In this document: in pieces, positions 1 through 10,489 of the stretch
Layout of the letters: each line of letters begins with the position of its first letter
Numbering within the stretch: position 1 is the first letter of the stretch
Source of the DNA: Candidatus Bathyarchaeota archaeon
Lineage (GTDB): Archaea > Thermoproteota > Bathyarchaeia > Bathyarchaeales > Bathycorpusculaceae
DNA length: 64,000 bases
Assembly: GCA_963826715.1 (NCBI GenBank)
Contig: CAWGYA010000006.1
Span: 128,001 to 192,000, forward strand
Direction of reading: 5' to 3'
Notes under the pieces: model-generated
Told to the model about the DNA's origin: nothing
The model's input: only the letters and a program-made list of their open reading frames with translations
The model's database searches: none
Translations under genes and position numbers: made by a program

Positions 1-486
1 ACCTTTTTTTCTATAGCGCTGTGAATGCCCAAAATTTCATTTAAAAGATAGAATGATTACCAATCAAGCGGTTTCGAATTTGTTACATCTTTCCAACATC
101 AAAATCCTCCTTTTAAAATGTAAACGAAAAATCCCCTTGAATCTTCTGAAACTATCTATAGCATGAATTAGAGAAAAAATCACAAAATTATCTAATATAT
201 GTTGACCCCTATGTTTCCTTTAGAAAATCATGTTGTAGGCATGATACAGTCACAACTAAAAGAGTATGGAAAAATAAAAACTCAAATCAGAAGAAGTTCA
301 ATAAACCACCTATTAAGCTAAAGCAAAAAAAAATTTACAAAAAAAGCAAAACAAACCATCTTTCTATATAAATCAAGTTTTCTTTGTGTCCACCTCATTT
401 TTTAAGAGAAAAGTTTAAGGGCGAATGATTGTTTTAGGTTGCAAAGTATTCCTGCATTTGGGGTTTGTGGTTTGAGCATCAACAAA

Positions 487-1026
487 ATGGAAACAATCGA
501 AGAACGCAAAGCGGAAGTCCTAATTAAATTAAGAAAGTACAAACTTGTGGAAAAACAAAAATACGAAGGCGCATATGCCTACATCATCGACATTCCACAG
601 GACAAAGAACGCGCAATCGTCTGGTGCATTCTAGGCGAAGCCACAGTCGGCATCGCAGCCATGAATACCCTCTATAAGGTGATGAAGGAAAAAGAACTTG
701 AACGCGCAATCGTCGTTACCGAAGGACGCTACACACACGCCGTGAAGCTTGGCGCAAAAAAGAAAAACGTCGAATTGCTGCCCAAATCTTTCCCAGTCTT
801 TGACATCTTCGAGCATGCATTGGTGCCCTTCCATGAAATACTCAGTGAAAAAGAAAAGAAGGAACTGCTCAACCAATTTAAAGTGAAGCCGTATCAGATG
901 CCCCAAATCAAATCAGGTGATCCAGCAGTTAAAGCCATTGGCGCACAACCCGGCGATGTGCTCAAGATCACACGGAAAAGCCAAACTGCAGGCGAACACA
1001 TCACCTACAGATATGTAGTTGAATAA
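487..1026 (+). CDS. rpo5: DNA-directed RNA polymerase subunit Rpo5/RpoH with an extra N-terminal domain (Rpb5-N / restriction-endonuclease-like)
   Basis: C-terminal [10 protein letters not shown]...[42 protein letters not shown] is the Rpo5/Rpb5 signature. About 105 extra N-terminal residues include [18 protein letters not shown] at 487 preferred over TTG 439. Confidence 0.93.
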   Translation: METIEERKAEVLIKLRKYKLVEKQKYEGAYAYIIDIPQDKERAIVWCILGEATVGIAAMNTLYKVMKEKELERAIVVTEGRYTHAVKLGAKKKNVELLPKSFPVFDIFEHALVPFHEILSEKEKKELLNQFKVKPYQMPQIKSGDPAVKAIGAQPGDVLKITRKSQTAGEHITYRYVVE

Positions 1027-1045
1027 ATCGACTTCTTTTCTATCT

Positions 1046-1282
1046 TTAATTTTCTTCCATCAGAGTTTCTTTTTTAGATTCTTCTAACTCATTAAGAATA
1101 ATCAACGCTTCTCCAAAAGGCATCCCTAACCGTTCCGAAAGCTCCTGAGGTGAAATATCAGGTTTTGAGAGTAGAATTGTGTCTCGGGTGTAGGCTTTGT
1201 GAGTAGGATACATTACAGAAGCATGTACGGCTTCGACAAGCAATTGCCATAGGCGTTCTTTTGTATAATCATCTATTTTCAT
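1046..1282 (-). CDS. small hypothetical protein, possible C-terminal HTH (PDISPQELSERLGMPFGEALIIL)
   Basis: ORF track; ATG at 1282; HTH-like pattern. Confidence 0.6.
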   Translation of the reverse strand: MKIDDYTKERLWQLLVEAVHASVMYPTHKAYTRDTILLSKPDISPQELSERLGMPFGEALIILNELEESKKETLMEEN

Positions 1283-1376
1283 TTGAAACAGCTCTTCATT
1301 GTAGTACCGCAGAACTTGCATAAAAACAGTAAACATAAATCCCCCTGCTCATTGGCTATAGATGGATTGACTGATT

Positions 1377-2348
1377 TTGAAAGCCGCAGTTTACCGTGGA
1401 CAGTACAACATAAAAATAGAGCAGGTTCCAGAACCCATAGTTAAAGAACCAAAAGTAATTGTACTTTTCAACGCTGGAAGCATCTGCGGTACCGATATGC
1501 ACTTCTACCGCGGTGACTGGAAATGGATGAAAAAAGGCAGAATCATTGGACATGACGCCTGTGGTATCCGCAAAGACACGGGCGAACGCGTAATAATGGT
1601 CCCAATCGTCAACTGTGGCCACTGTTACTATTGCATTAGAGGCTTACCGACATACTGCATCCGCGGCAAATTCTACGGCTTAACGCGCGACGGTTTTTTT
1701 GCCGAATCAAAATCCATGCTTCCAAGGAGCCTAATTCCGTTACCTGCAAACATCAGCGACGAAGAAGCAGCTGTTGTAGAACCTGTTGCCCTTGCGCTTC
1801 GCGTACTAAATTATCTGCAACCTAACTTGGGCGATTGGGTCACAGTGATTGGACAAGGCGCAATCGGTTTGTTGATGACACAGATAGCGATCATGAAAGG
1901 TTGCCGGGTTATTGCAGTTGATTTAGAAGATTACCGACTTGAACTCGCTGAAAAATACGGTGCTGACGCAACTATAAATTCGAAAAAAGTGGACGTAATC
2001 AAAGAGGTTCATAAACTAACCAAACATGGCTCAGATTATGTAATTGAAGCAGCCGGGACCCAAGCAGCAGTCGAGCAAACGCCGTTTCTGGTTCGTAAAG
2101 CAGGCAAAGTAGCATTGGTTGGCGAGTCGAAAGGTTTTTTGAACTTGGAGGATGCTGATGAAGCATCTTTTTCAACTATGTATATTTCGCCTGTAGAGTA
2201 TCCTACGGCAGTTGAGCTTATAGCAAGGAAACTTGTAGATTTGAAGGGGTTAGTGACACACCGCTTCAGGCTTGATGAGTTCGAAAAAGCGCTGCAAACT
2301 ATTGATGACCCTAAAGAGAAAGCGCTTAAAGTAATAATAAAGGAATAG
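1377..2348 (+). CDS. zinc-dependent alcohol/threonine/sorbitol dehydrogenase (MDR family)
   Basis: ICGTDMH, GHD, structural-zinc CGHCYYC..C, Rossmann GQGAIG. Confidence 0.9.
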   Translation: MKAAVYRGQYNIKIEQVPEPIVKEPKVIVLFNAGSICGTDMHFYRGDWKWMKKGRIIGHDACGIRKDTGERVIMVPIVNCGHCYYCIRGLPTYCIRGKFYGLTRDGFFAESKSMLPRSLIPLPANISDEEAAVVEPVALALRVLNYLQPNLGDWVTVIGQGAIGLLMTQIAIMKGCRVIAVDLEDYRLELAEKYGADATINSKKVDVIKEVHKLTKHGSDYVIEAAGTQAAVEQTPFLVRKAGKVALVGESKGFLNLEDADEASFSTMYISPVEYPTAVELIARKLVDLKGLVTHRFRLDEFEKALQTIDDPKEKALKVIIKE

Positions 2349-2435
2349 AGCGCTAAGCTGAAACTTTTTACCGCAAAGTATATTTCTCGTCAAGAAACTG
2401 TAAATCCAAACTCGCCAGACAAGGAATCATTATCA

Positions 2436-3122
2436 ATGCCGATTAAAGCTGTCCTTTTCGATTTAGACGGAACCTTAGCCAATTTCAACTTAGACTACAA
2501 AACTCTACGTTCTGAAGTCAGACAATACCTTATGAAAAATGGAGTTCCCACATCGTTGCTTAAAGTCAACGAAAGCATTTTTGACATGCTTGCTAAAACT
2601 GAGATATTTTTCAAAAACAACAAAAAATCCACGCAAGACTTCACTACAATCCGGCAGCAATGTCTAACGATCGCAGAAAAATATGAAATGGAAGCGGCAT
2701 CCACTACAAACCTTTTGCCAGGCGCAGTAGAAACCCTAAAAGAACTCACGAAATTGAGATTGAAGCTAGGTTTATGCACAACAAGCAGTAAAAATGCTGT
2801 GACATATATAGTAGATCGCTTCAAAATAGCTGAGTATTTTGAGGTTGTAGTGCCCCGAGAACTGGTCAAACGGGTAAAGCCCGACACAGAGCAGTTTCAT
2901 TTAGCGCTTAAAAAATTAGGGGTCCATACCAACGACGCTATAATTGTCGGTGACAGTGCCGTTGACATGGAATCCGCCAAGGAACTCAAAGCAATAGCAG
3001 TCGGGTTACCCACAGGTTACTCAACACCAGAACAGCTGAAAAGTCATGGAGCAAACTATCTGATAACATCGCTAATTGACTTGCCTGTTTTAATAAAGAA
3101 GGAAAACAATAAGGAAAGTTAA
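2436..3122 (+). CDS. HAD-superfamily hydrolase (phosphoglycolate phosphatase-like)
   Basis: FDLDGTL motif I, KP motif III, VGDSAVD motif IV. Confidence 0.9.
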   Translation: MPIKAVLFDLDGTLANFNLDYKTLRSEVRQYLMKNGVPTSLLKVNESIFDMLAKTEIFFKNNKKSTQDFTTIRQQCLTIAEKYEMEAASTTNLLPGAVETLKELTKLRLKLGLCTTSSKNAVTYIVDRFKIAEYFEVVVPRELVKRVKPDTEQFHLALKKLGVHTNDAIIVGDSAVDMESAKELKAIAVGLPTGYSTPEQLKSHGANYLITSLIDLPVLIKKENNKES

Positions 3123-6100
3123 GCAGCAGTTACTAGACCGTTGTCTTTGCAAACCAATTTACGTTCGCGAACCAGCCGTTGGAACACCTCATTAAAAACT
3201 ACTTTTGCATCTTCCCCTAAATGCTTAATACCAAAAACCTGCGCAGTCTCAGAAATTAGCGAATCATCGCCTATACCTAAGGCGAATTGGGCAATTTGCA
3301 TCATGGCAGCTTCTACTTCTTCAGGTGCAATATATTGAGGTCTTCGTTTAGATCCAGGGATACCGCGTACCGGAACACGAACCGGAGTTTCCTTCATTCC
3401 TATTGGCCAAAGAAAACTACCTTTAAGGATAACCTTCTGTTCGCGTAGAAGGTTGTTTAGAGCTTCTTTTACCGCATGACAGATTTTCGGAGATACTTGC
3501 TTCAGTCCCCAAGTCGCAGCTAACCGCTCCACCGCATAATCGAAATGAACGGGTCCCTCATTTTGAACAAGTTCATCTAGCATTTTGATTTGGTTTTCTC
3601 GGTTTTCAGGAAAGTAAAATTCGTTTTTCTGTTTTGAGTCCACACTGGCGCCCACTGTTGCAACTTTGATATATGGATTATACGCTGCCCGTAGTGGGTG
3701 GATTTTGTAGGGAACACCAATTTTTTCTTTGCCTCCATATTGGTTCTTCTGCACTTCAGTTGCTGGGGCTAAAGGTTTTTGGGTGTCTTTTTCGATTTGC
3801 TGCTTACTGGCTTGTTCGAGTATTTCTTTTAAGCGGCGGATTTCGCTATCGCGTCTTGCAACCCAAACAGGCGCCCAGATACGGTGGATATGCCAGCCAA
3901 GTTGTCGCAGAACGTACTCACGGAGTCTATCTCTGTCTCGTGCACTGTTACTGGAACGGTAGGTTGTGCCATCGCATTCTATACCAAGCAAGAAGCAATC
4001 TTTGTTGACAGGATCAATTACGCCTATGTCGATTTTGTGACCGCTGCACCCGACTTCAGGAATAATTTGATACCCGAGTTTTTTGATCTCGTTGGCAACG
4101 TCCTCGTCGAGGGCTGACTCGAAGCCGACTGCGTTGCATATTTCTTTTAACGAATCAGTACCGTGTTCAGCATAGTCAAGATACTTGCCAAGTGTCTGAA
4201 CCCCTAAAGCTTTGGTTTCAGGATTTATGTCTGAGCCTTTTATGGAAGCGACAATAACCACTTTTTCTTTAGCACGGGTAATAGCAACGTTTAGACGTCG
4301 TTCCCCTCCGGGCTTATTGAGTGGACCAAAGTTCATAGCAATTTGCCCTTCGGCGTCGTAACCATAGCCCACGCTAAAAAAGATAACATCACGTTCGTCG
4401 CCCTGCACGTTCTCAAGGTTTTTCACGAAAAAACCTTCAAGACGATCTTCTTTGAAAAACTGATCAAATTCGGGGTGCTCTTTAAGTCGACGATCAATAG
4501 CTTCTTCAATTGCAGTCATCTGCGCGATGCTAAAAGTTACAACCCCCAAAGTTTTATGCGGGTAGTTTTTAAAGTGCTCGAAGACTAAGGTGGCGACTTT
4601 CTCTGCTTCAACGGGGTTGTCACGTTTACCTCCACGGTCATAGATGCCATCTGGAATATGAATTAGTTTTACCCCCAAACTGTCAGTCTCGGATTTGGCG
4701 GAGGGAAATGTTATCATAGTATCATCGTAGAAACAGTGATTTGAAAATGCGATGAGACTTTCGTCTTTACTACGATAGTGCCACTTTAACGTCTTAACAG
4801 GCAACCCACTTCCTAAGCATTCGTCGAGAATGCTATCGAAGACCTCAATATCTTCATCAGTGAGTTCATCCCAATCCGGGTCGACAAGCAGGTTTTTCTG
4901 GAAAAATGATGTGGGTGGAAGCTGCTTATCATCGCCTGCAACCACAATTGTTTTTCCACGGTAGATAGCCCCGATGGCATCTTCAGGGACAAGCTGCGAA
5001 GCCTCATCGAAGAGCACTAAGTCGAATTTAACGTCAGGAGATAGGAACTGACTTACTGAAATAGGACTCATGAGGAGGCAAGGCTTGAGTTTAACAAGCA
5101 GATGGGGGATTTTCTGAAGCAAAGTACGCATCGGCATAAGGCGACGTTTTTTAGCGGCCTCTTTAGAGAGGATCCCCGCTTCTGTGTCGGCGGCTTGGAT
5201 AAGAATACCCTGAGGTTTTCGACTGTTAACAGCATCAATAACCATACCAGAAGTTAATCGTATGAGTTCTTGATCGAGTTTCCTAAAATCTGCTATGACC
5301 TGTTCATGATTTTCACGGCGGAACCCGCCGAGTTTCTGGTCATCAATATAGAGGTTGTTTATCCATTCTTGATAGACACTTTTACGGAATAATGGGACCA
5401 AATCCGCTGCAGGCAACTTCGCTTCAACTAGGCGATCAAAGAAGGGATTGAGCCCTCGGAGTGTAAAATTGTTTTTGGCATCTTTAAAGTCAATCCACAC
5501 TTGTAACTCGTCAACACAGTTACGTAGTGCCATTACGCGTTCTCTTATTGTTTTGATATCTAGATCTATGAGCACCTGTTTCTTGTAACGCATCTCAGAT
5601 TCAAAACGGGTTTGCAGGTCAGCTAAAATCTTTTGAGAGGAATCCCTTTTTGCCAAAAGCGCCTTGTTGGAGGGCGCCATTGTAGGTCCCTTAGCCGCAA
5701 TTTCCGCAAAAGCTTCAGGTACTGACATAGAACCAAACATGTATTGCACTTTTCTGACCCATTCCAACACCGTTACAAGATCCTGCCAATCTGTTTGAAG
5801 CTCTTTGAAACGGATTCCGAATTTTTCTTGCAACTGTGTTTTTTCGCCGACAATTTGCGCTTCTTTCTTTCTGATGTCCTCAGCGTTTTTAAGGTCATTA
5901 ATAAGCTGAAGGTAGTTTTCAGGTTCCACTTTAGATACAGTGAGAGTATCTTTGGTTAGTTTGTTGAGAGAGGTTAGCTGAATTTCCACTTGAATCAACC
6001 AATCCCCAAGTAGAGGCAGCGATGTTTCCATGATTGACTTATCAGATTTAGGCAATTTCTGTGGAATTAGTTCTTCGAGTTCTTTTGTTTGGTTCGTCCA

Positions 6101-8794
6101 TTTCTCAATTGATTCCTGAAGTTCCTCCCCCAAGTTCTTAATCATAGGAGAGGGACTGGCCGAAGCCGTAAGAAGTTTAATGAGATCCTCAGGAATATGG
6201 GTTGACCATGAGAGTTTCTTGATTTCTTCAGTCAGGGAAAGTGCTTTTTCTGCGCCTATAAAATCTGTTTTGCTCTTGTGAAAATAGTGTCCAAGAAGCT
6301 TGGAAACGGTTTCTGCTGAAGATTCGATTTTGCCTTGGAGCTTTTTCAATTTGCGGGCATCAATTAAGTCCTTAAGAACAGTTTTTGGAACCTTCCCGTT
6401 GTTAGCTAATTTTGCAATGCGTTTTTGATCATTACGATAGCCCCTATTGAAGATTCTCATGCTGCTCTGATAGGGTCCACTATAATTGACAATGAGCTCA
6501 TTGAGATCCTGGAGTTCGAAGAAATCATCACTGTAGGACTCATCCAAACGGTCTTTAAGAAGGTTATATTCAAGATAGAGTTGCCTTACTTTGCTAACGG
6601 TTTCCTGAACTTCAATAAGATAGTTCGCATCAAACCACTGCGGTTCAGGCTTATTCTCAGCAAAACAGAGCTGCGCCATCCGAGATAGCTGACGCAACTG
6701 CGTTATGGTTAAGTTGGCACCGTCTAACCCTAACATCGCAGGAAGCGTTTGGGAGATTTCCTGCCACTTCTGCGTTAGCAACTGAGTATTTCTAATATAT
6801 GTTAAGAATCTTTCTCGTTTCGATAGAAGATCCCCCTTTGAGAGATTAACGTCGCCAATATCTTTTTCAAGGTTGGTTAATGCATGCAATAAATCCTGCG
6901 AGCGGGACAAAACCAAATCGAAAAGTTCAGGTTGATATCTTTCAAGGAGACTATCGCTACTCTGCTTTATCCACTTGCTGATTTCAAGGTAAGCATAAGC
7001 TTCATCGATCAGCTTGTCGAGTCTGATGTTAGTCAGCCAAAATTTTTCAGGCAAAGGGCTTTCAAAAAGGAAGTTACTTACGTCAAGCAACCACTGGATG
7101 TGAGTAAATGTTTCAGGCGGAGTAATTCCAAGTTTTGCAGAAAAGTCTTCACTTTCAGATTCCAGCCCGCAGAGCGTTTCATTTATGTTTTCTAACATTG
7201 TAAGGAGTTCGCTGCGGATTTCCAAAGTATATGTATCAGCCCGATAGCCTAACCATGGAAAATCAGACTCATCTATAACCTTCCAGACCTTGCTCAGATG
7301 CGAAACAAGCTCCTCAAGTTCGCGCATCTTTTGCGGTGTAAGCGTTCCCACATCGCTCAATCCTACAGGCACAAAAGGCGCACGCTCAAGGCTTGATATA
7401 ATGCTTAACACTTCGTAAACACTGCGCTGCAGATAAGGACGTTTTTCATGCAATGCGGTTACATAGCCGTTTAAGGTACTCCGGTACTCAGATAATAGTT
7501 CAAACTCATGGGCAGAAGGCAAATTTCGAGGCACAATATTCTCATCTAGGCTGCGTTTGAGTTCACCAACTACCTGTTGCTTGTTTGCCTTGGCACTATG
7601 AAGCTCAAGACAAAAATGTGCTAAGCCTACTTCGCTAAGTCGCTTATATACCACTTCAAGCGCCGCCATCTTATCACTGACGAAGAGCACACTTTTGCCG
7701 TTGGCTATGCATTCCGCGACTATGTTGGCAATAGTTTGGCTTTTACCTGTGCCAGGTGGTCCCTTCATTACAAAGCTTTGCCCTCGAAGAGCGTATTCGA
7801 TGCTGAGGCGCTGGCTGCTGTCAGCATCAAGCACTTGATAGGTTTTGGCAGGCACCTCTACTGTGTCAACATCTTTCTCTTCAGGCAACCCTGAAACAAT
7901 TAGGTTTTCATCGTGGATTCCTGCAATAGTTTTGATTATGGGGTGCGATGTGATCATTGCCGCATTGGATTCGAGGTCCTTATAGATTACTAGTTTTTGG
8001 AAGGAAAATAAACCTAAATCAACAGTGTCCTCTGTTTTCCAACCCATCCCTGAAATTGCCTGTTCCACCTGACTGTAGTATTGATCAAGTGAATGCGCTT
8101 CCCATTCCTCAGGTAAGTCGGGTAAGTCTATTTTGAAGTCATTATGTAGTTTCGCTTGCAGAGCAGGGTTCAAGACGGCTTCTTCTTCCACCGGCGGCAG
8201 ATTGATGCTATAGGGTTGCCGAATTGTTTCGCGACTGAGTTCAAGTGGAACTAGAATCAGCGGCGACTGTACCTCTTCTTTGGTTTCCCAATCAACCCAG
8301 TTTAGTGTTCCAAAAGCCGCATTGAGAATACGTACACCTCGTTCACGGTAATCTAGAAGTGAACGCCGATCTAGAGCTTTGAGATAACGTTCAAGTTCCT
8401 CACGGTTAAGTTTGGCACATACAAGCTGATTGCCTACTGAGGGCTTGAGCCCTTCTTCGTTTGCGGCTTTAAAATATGCTTTATTGGCACTAACTTTCTG
8501 CACTTCACCATTGCTGTTTCCTTTGCATTGCAGCTTCAGCTCATTTTTTTCTGCATTATGCACCTCAGGAGATAAATAGAATTCTAGACGACTCTTTTTG
8601 TTTACCAGAAGGTCAAAAACCTTTTGGGAATTAGGCGCCGAAATTGTGATATTGTATCGTTTATCTTTGCGGAAGTAGAGAAGATTATTTTTTCGCGATA
8701 AATCGATAAGACGTGATTTCCAATCTTCAACTCGTTTCATAGGTGAGGAAGAATTCGGGGCTTGAGATCGTTCAGTCATCGAAGGCACATCCAC
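3119..8794 (-). CDS. DUF4011 + SF1 (Upf1/Dna2-like) helicase + Vsr-like endonuclease + DUF3320 protein, Hhe-type candidate antiviral protein
   Basis: N-terminal WKSRLIDLSRKNNLLYF (DUF4011); Walker A GPPGTGKSQT; FDEASQ; GDDKQLPPT; LKWHYRS; NVQGDERD; RRLNVAITRAK; GIECDG..YRSSNSARDRDRLR..LGW (Vsr-like). Confidence 0.88.
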   Translation of the reverse strand: MDVPSMTERSQAPNSSSPMKRVEDWKSRLIDLSRKNNLLYFRKDKRYNITISAPNSQKVFDLLVNKKSRLEFYLSPEVHNAEKNELKLQCKGNSNGEVQKVSANKAYFKAANEEGLKPSVGNQLVCAKLNREELERYLKALDRRSLLDYRERGVRILNAAFGTLNWVDWETKEEVQSPLILVPLELSRETIRQPYSINLPPVEEEAVLNPALQAKLHNDFKIDLPDLPEEWEAHSLDQYYSQVEQAISGMGWKTEDTVDLGLFSFQKLVIYKDLESNAAMITSHPIIKTIAGIHDENLIVSGLPEEKDVDTVEVPAKTYQVLDADSSQRLSIEYALRGQSFVMKGPPGTGKSQTIANIVAECIANGKSVLFVSDKMAALEVVYKRLSEVGLAHFCLELHSAKANKQQVVGELKRSLDENIVPRNLPSAHEFELLSEYRSTLNGYVTALHEKRPYLQRSVYEVLSIISSLERAPFVPVGLSDVGTLTPQKMRELEELVSHLSKVWKVIDESDFPWLGYRADTYTLEIRSELLTMLENINETLCGLESESEDFSAKLGITPPETFTHIQWLLDVSNFLFESPLPEKFWLTNIRLDKLIDEAYAYLEISKWIKQSSDSLLERYQPELFDLVLSRSQDLLHALTNLEKDIGDVNLSKGDLLSKRERFLTYIRNTQLLTQKWQEISQTLPAMLGLDGANLTITQLRQLSRMAQLCFAENKPEPQWFDANYLIEVQETVSKVRQLYLEYNLLKDRLDESYSDDFFELQDLNELIVNYSGPYQSSMRIFNRGYRNDQKRIAKLANNGKVPKTVLKDLIDARKLKKLQGKIESSAETVSKLLGHYFHKSKTDFIGAEKALSLTEEIKKLSWSTHIPEDLIKLLTASASPSPMIKNLGEELQESIEKWTNQTKELEELIPQKLPKSDKSIMETSLPLLGDWLIQVEIQLTSLNKLTKDTLTVSKVEPENYLQLINDLKNAEDIRKKEAQIVGEKTQLQEKFGIRFKELQTDWQDLVTVLEWVRKVQYMFGSMSVPEAFAEIAAKGPTMAPSNKALLAKRDSSQKILADLQTRFESEMRYKKQVLIDLDIKTIRERVMALRNCVDELQVWIDFKDAKNNFTLRGLNPFFDRLVEAKLPAADLVPLFRKSVYQEWINNLYIDDQKLGGFRRENHEQVIADFRKLDQELIRLTSGMVIDAVNSRKPQGILIQAADTEAGILSKEAAKKRRLMPMRTLLQKIPHLLVKLKPCLLMSPISVSQFLSPDVKFDLVLFDEASQLVPEDAIGAIYRGKTIVVAGDDKQLPPTSFFQKNLLVDPDWDELTDEDIEVFDSILDECLGSGLPVKTLKWHYRSKDESLIAFSNHCFYDDTMITFPSAKSETDSLGVKLIHIPDGIYDRGGKRDNPVEAEKVATLVFEHFKNYPHKTLGVVTFSIAQMTAIEEAIDRRLKEHPEFDQFFKEDRLEGFFVKNLENVQGDERDVIFFSVGYGYDAEGQIAMNFGPLNKPGGERRLNVAITRAKEKVVIVASIKGSDINPETKALGVQTLGKYLDYAEHGTDSLKEICNAVGFESALDEDVANEIKKLGYQIIPEVGCSGHKIDIGVIDPVNKDCFLLGIECDGTTYRSSNSARDRDRLREYVLRQLGWHIHRIWAPVWVARRDSEIRRLKEILEQASKQQIEKDTQKPLAPATEVQKNQYGGKEKIGVPYKIHPLRAAYNPYIKVATVGASVDSKQKNEFYFPENRENQIKMLDELVQNEGPVHFDYAVERLAATWGLKQVSPKICHAVKEALNNLLREQKVILKGSFLWPIGMKETPVRVPVRGIPGSKRRPQYIAPEEVEAAMMQIAQFALGIGDDSLISETAQVFGIKHLGEDAKVVFNEVFQRLVRERKLVCKDNGLVTAA

Positions 8795-8910
8795 ATCAGG
8801 TACAGTTTAGCTTATTGTCTTGTTGGTTCTTTAATCCTTATGGTAATGTAATATGCCTCCAAAGAATCAAATGGGCCAAGTTTAGATGAAAAAAAGTGTC
8901 AGTTGAAGCT

Positions 8911-9519
8911 TCAACTGCGCGCTATTGCATCCGAGACGACCCGCTGCACGTTTTCAGTGCCGATTTCGCGGGTTTCCAGAACTTCAAGAGATATTCCAGC
9001 TTTTTTAATTGCTTCGGAAAGTTTTTGTTTATCACCACAAGTATCCAAAACCACAATACCACGTATACCTGTAAACATTGAAGCAAACACAATATCATCC
9101 ATACCCTCACGACGCATGTTCTCTTTCATGTCATCGAAGAATTCTATCATACCAGGACCCATAAACATCAGGTTGTGATCTGGGTCAGCATTCTGGGATT
9201 TGCCTCCGCCTCCAAGTTGGCAGTCAATGCAATTAAGTGCGTCTACCTTGACAACTCCAAACGCATCAGCAAGATTCTTCATCTCGCCATCCTGCCCCAG
9301 ACAGAGATCACCATAGACCAAAATGATTTTTCCATTAAACCTCTTTTGGGTGTGCTCCAAAACTTTACGCAGATTATTCTCTAACTGAGCGTAGTCTACA
9401 TGGAAATTTTTACTCACGAAAACTAGTTCAGCGTCGAGTTTGCCTTCTGCTTTGAGTTTTTGAAGTTCACGTTTGAGGACGCTGCAGGAAACAAGGCAAA
9501 CAGGTGATTTCTGTTTCAT
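8911..9519 (-). CDS. DUF1638 domain protein
   Basis: CSVLKRE, LVYGDLC, DALNCIDCQLGG cysteine pattern. Confidence 0.75.
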   Translation of the reverse strand: MKQKSPVCLVSCSVLKRELQKLKAEGKLDAELVFVSKNFHVDYAQLENNLRKVLEHTQKRFNGKIILVYGDLCLGQDGEMKNLADAFGVVKVDALNCIDCQLGGGGKSQNADPDHNLMFMGPGMIEFFDDMKENMRREGMDDIVFASMFTGIRGIVVLDTCGDKQKLSEAIKKAGISLEVLETREIGTENVQRVVSDAIARS

Positions 9520-10129
9520 TATCTCAACTTCAAGGTTTTATTGTTATGATTCCAAATAGCTTTTCTCAGACCAAAGCGAAAAAGGCTCCGATGATTCTCG
9601 AGTCTCTTCCGCTCTCCTAAATATAGAAATCTATTGTCCACACGTTTATAGTGTCTCACTTTAACGCTATCAGTTTTATTTAAAAGAGAAATACCCCTGT
9701 TTTACCATACTTATGCGACGAATAATGTTGCAAAAGTGTTACAAAAGTAATAAACCGAATAAACGGTACATTTTCAATTAAAACTCATGGAAAAAAAGTT
9801 TTAAAACTTTTTGTTTTGCGACAATTTTAAGGTACAGTGAGTTAAGGCTAATTTAGGCTTTATTTGGCAAACAAAGAAAAAATAAAGGTCGGGAACAGCT
9901 TACAACTACTTTAAAATGACTTTACAACCGTATGAATGATGAAAAAAGGGTTAAAATTGAAATAAACCCCAGGTTAAACGATGTTGAGAAAACAAAGATT
10001 GCAATGTGGTTTAATAATTTCAATCCAACCTCAAAAAAGCCATAATATGATAATTATAAATATCCAAGGTATACAATAACTTTAAGCATATGCTGCAAGA
10101 AGAAACTAATTGGACGAGGTAAAGGAGAT

Positions 10130-10372
10130 TTGGAGTTTTTTAGGTGTCCGCTTTGTGGTGGTCCTCTTTCTATGGATTTATGTGAGGATTGCGAGGGAAA
10201 ATTTGTAATTGAATTTTTTTGTGAGGGTGAGGGTGATGATCGTTTTAGCTTTGAAATTAGATCTGGTTTGTCTAATCAAGATATTGCTAATTTTAAGGAA
10301 GGTGATTTGACCAAGAGAGAAATGTTGGTTAAGATCACTGAAAGAATAGAAGAAAACGAAGATGATAATTAA
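10130..10372 (+). CDS. small acidic zinc-ribbon (CPxCG) protein
   Basis: CPLCGG...CEDC...C; GGAGA ribosome-binding site just before TTG. Confidence 0.6.
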   Translation: MEFFRCPLCGGPLSMDLCEDCEGKFVIEFFCEGEGDDRFSFEIRSGLSNQDIANFKEGDLTKREMLVKITERIEENEDDN

Positions 10373-10489
10373 GAATCGCACATAATGAATAGCGGGTGGT
10401 CACTGTGCAGACCTCAAAATAATAATTGTTTTGTTGCAAATATAGGTCAGTCTGTAGCTTTCAACCCTTTACATATAATATCGATAATT

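Noticed and set aside
3141-7195. Numerous short ORFs inside long genes (here and throughout the window)
   Set aside because: Antisense or alternative-frame shadows of well-supported CDSs.
9520-10129. AT-rich spacer as a replication origin or integration site
   Set aside because: No ORB-like repeats, cdc6, tRNA or integrase nearby.
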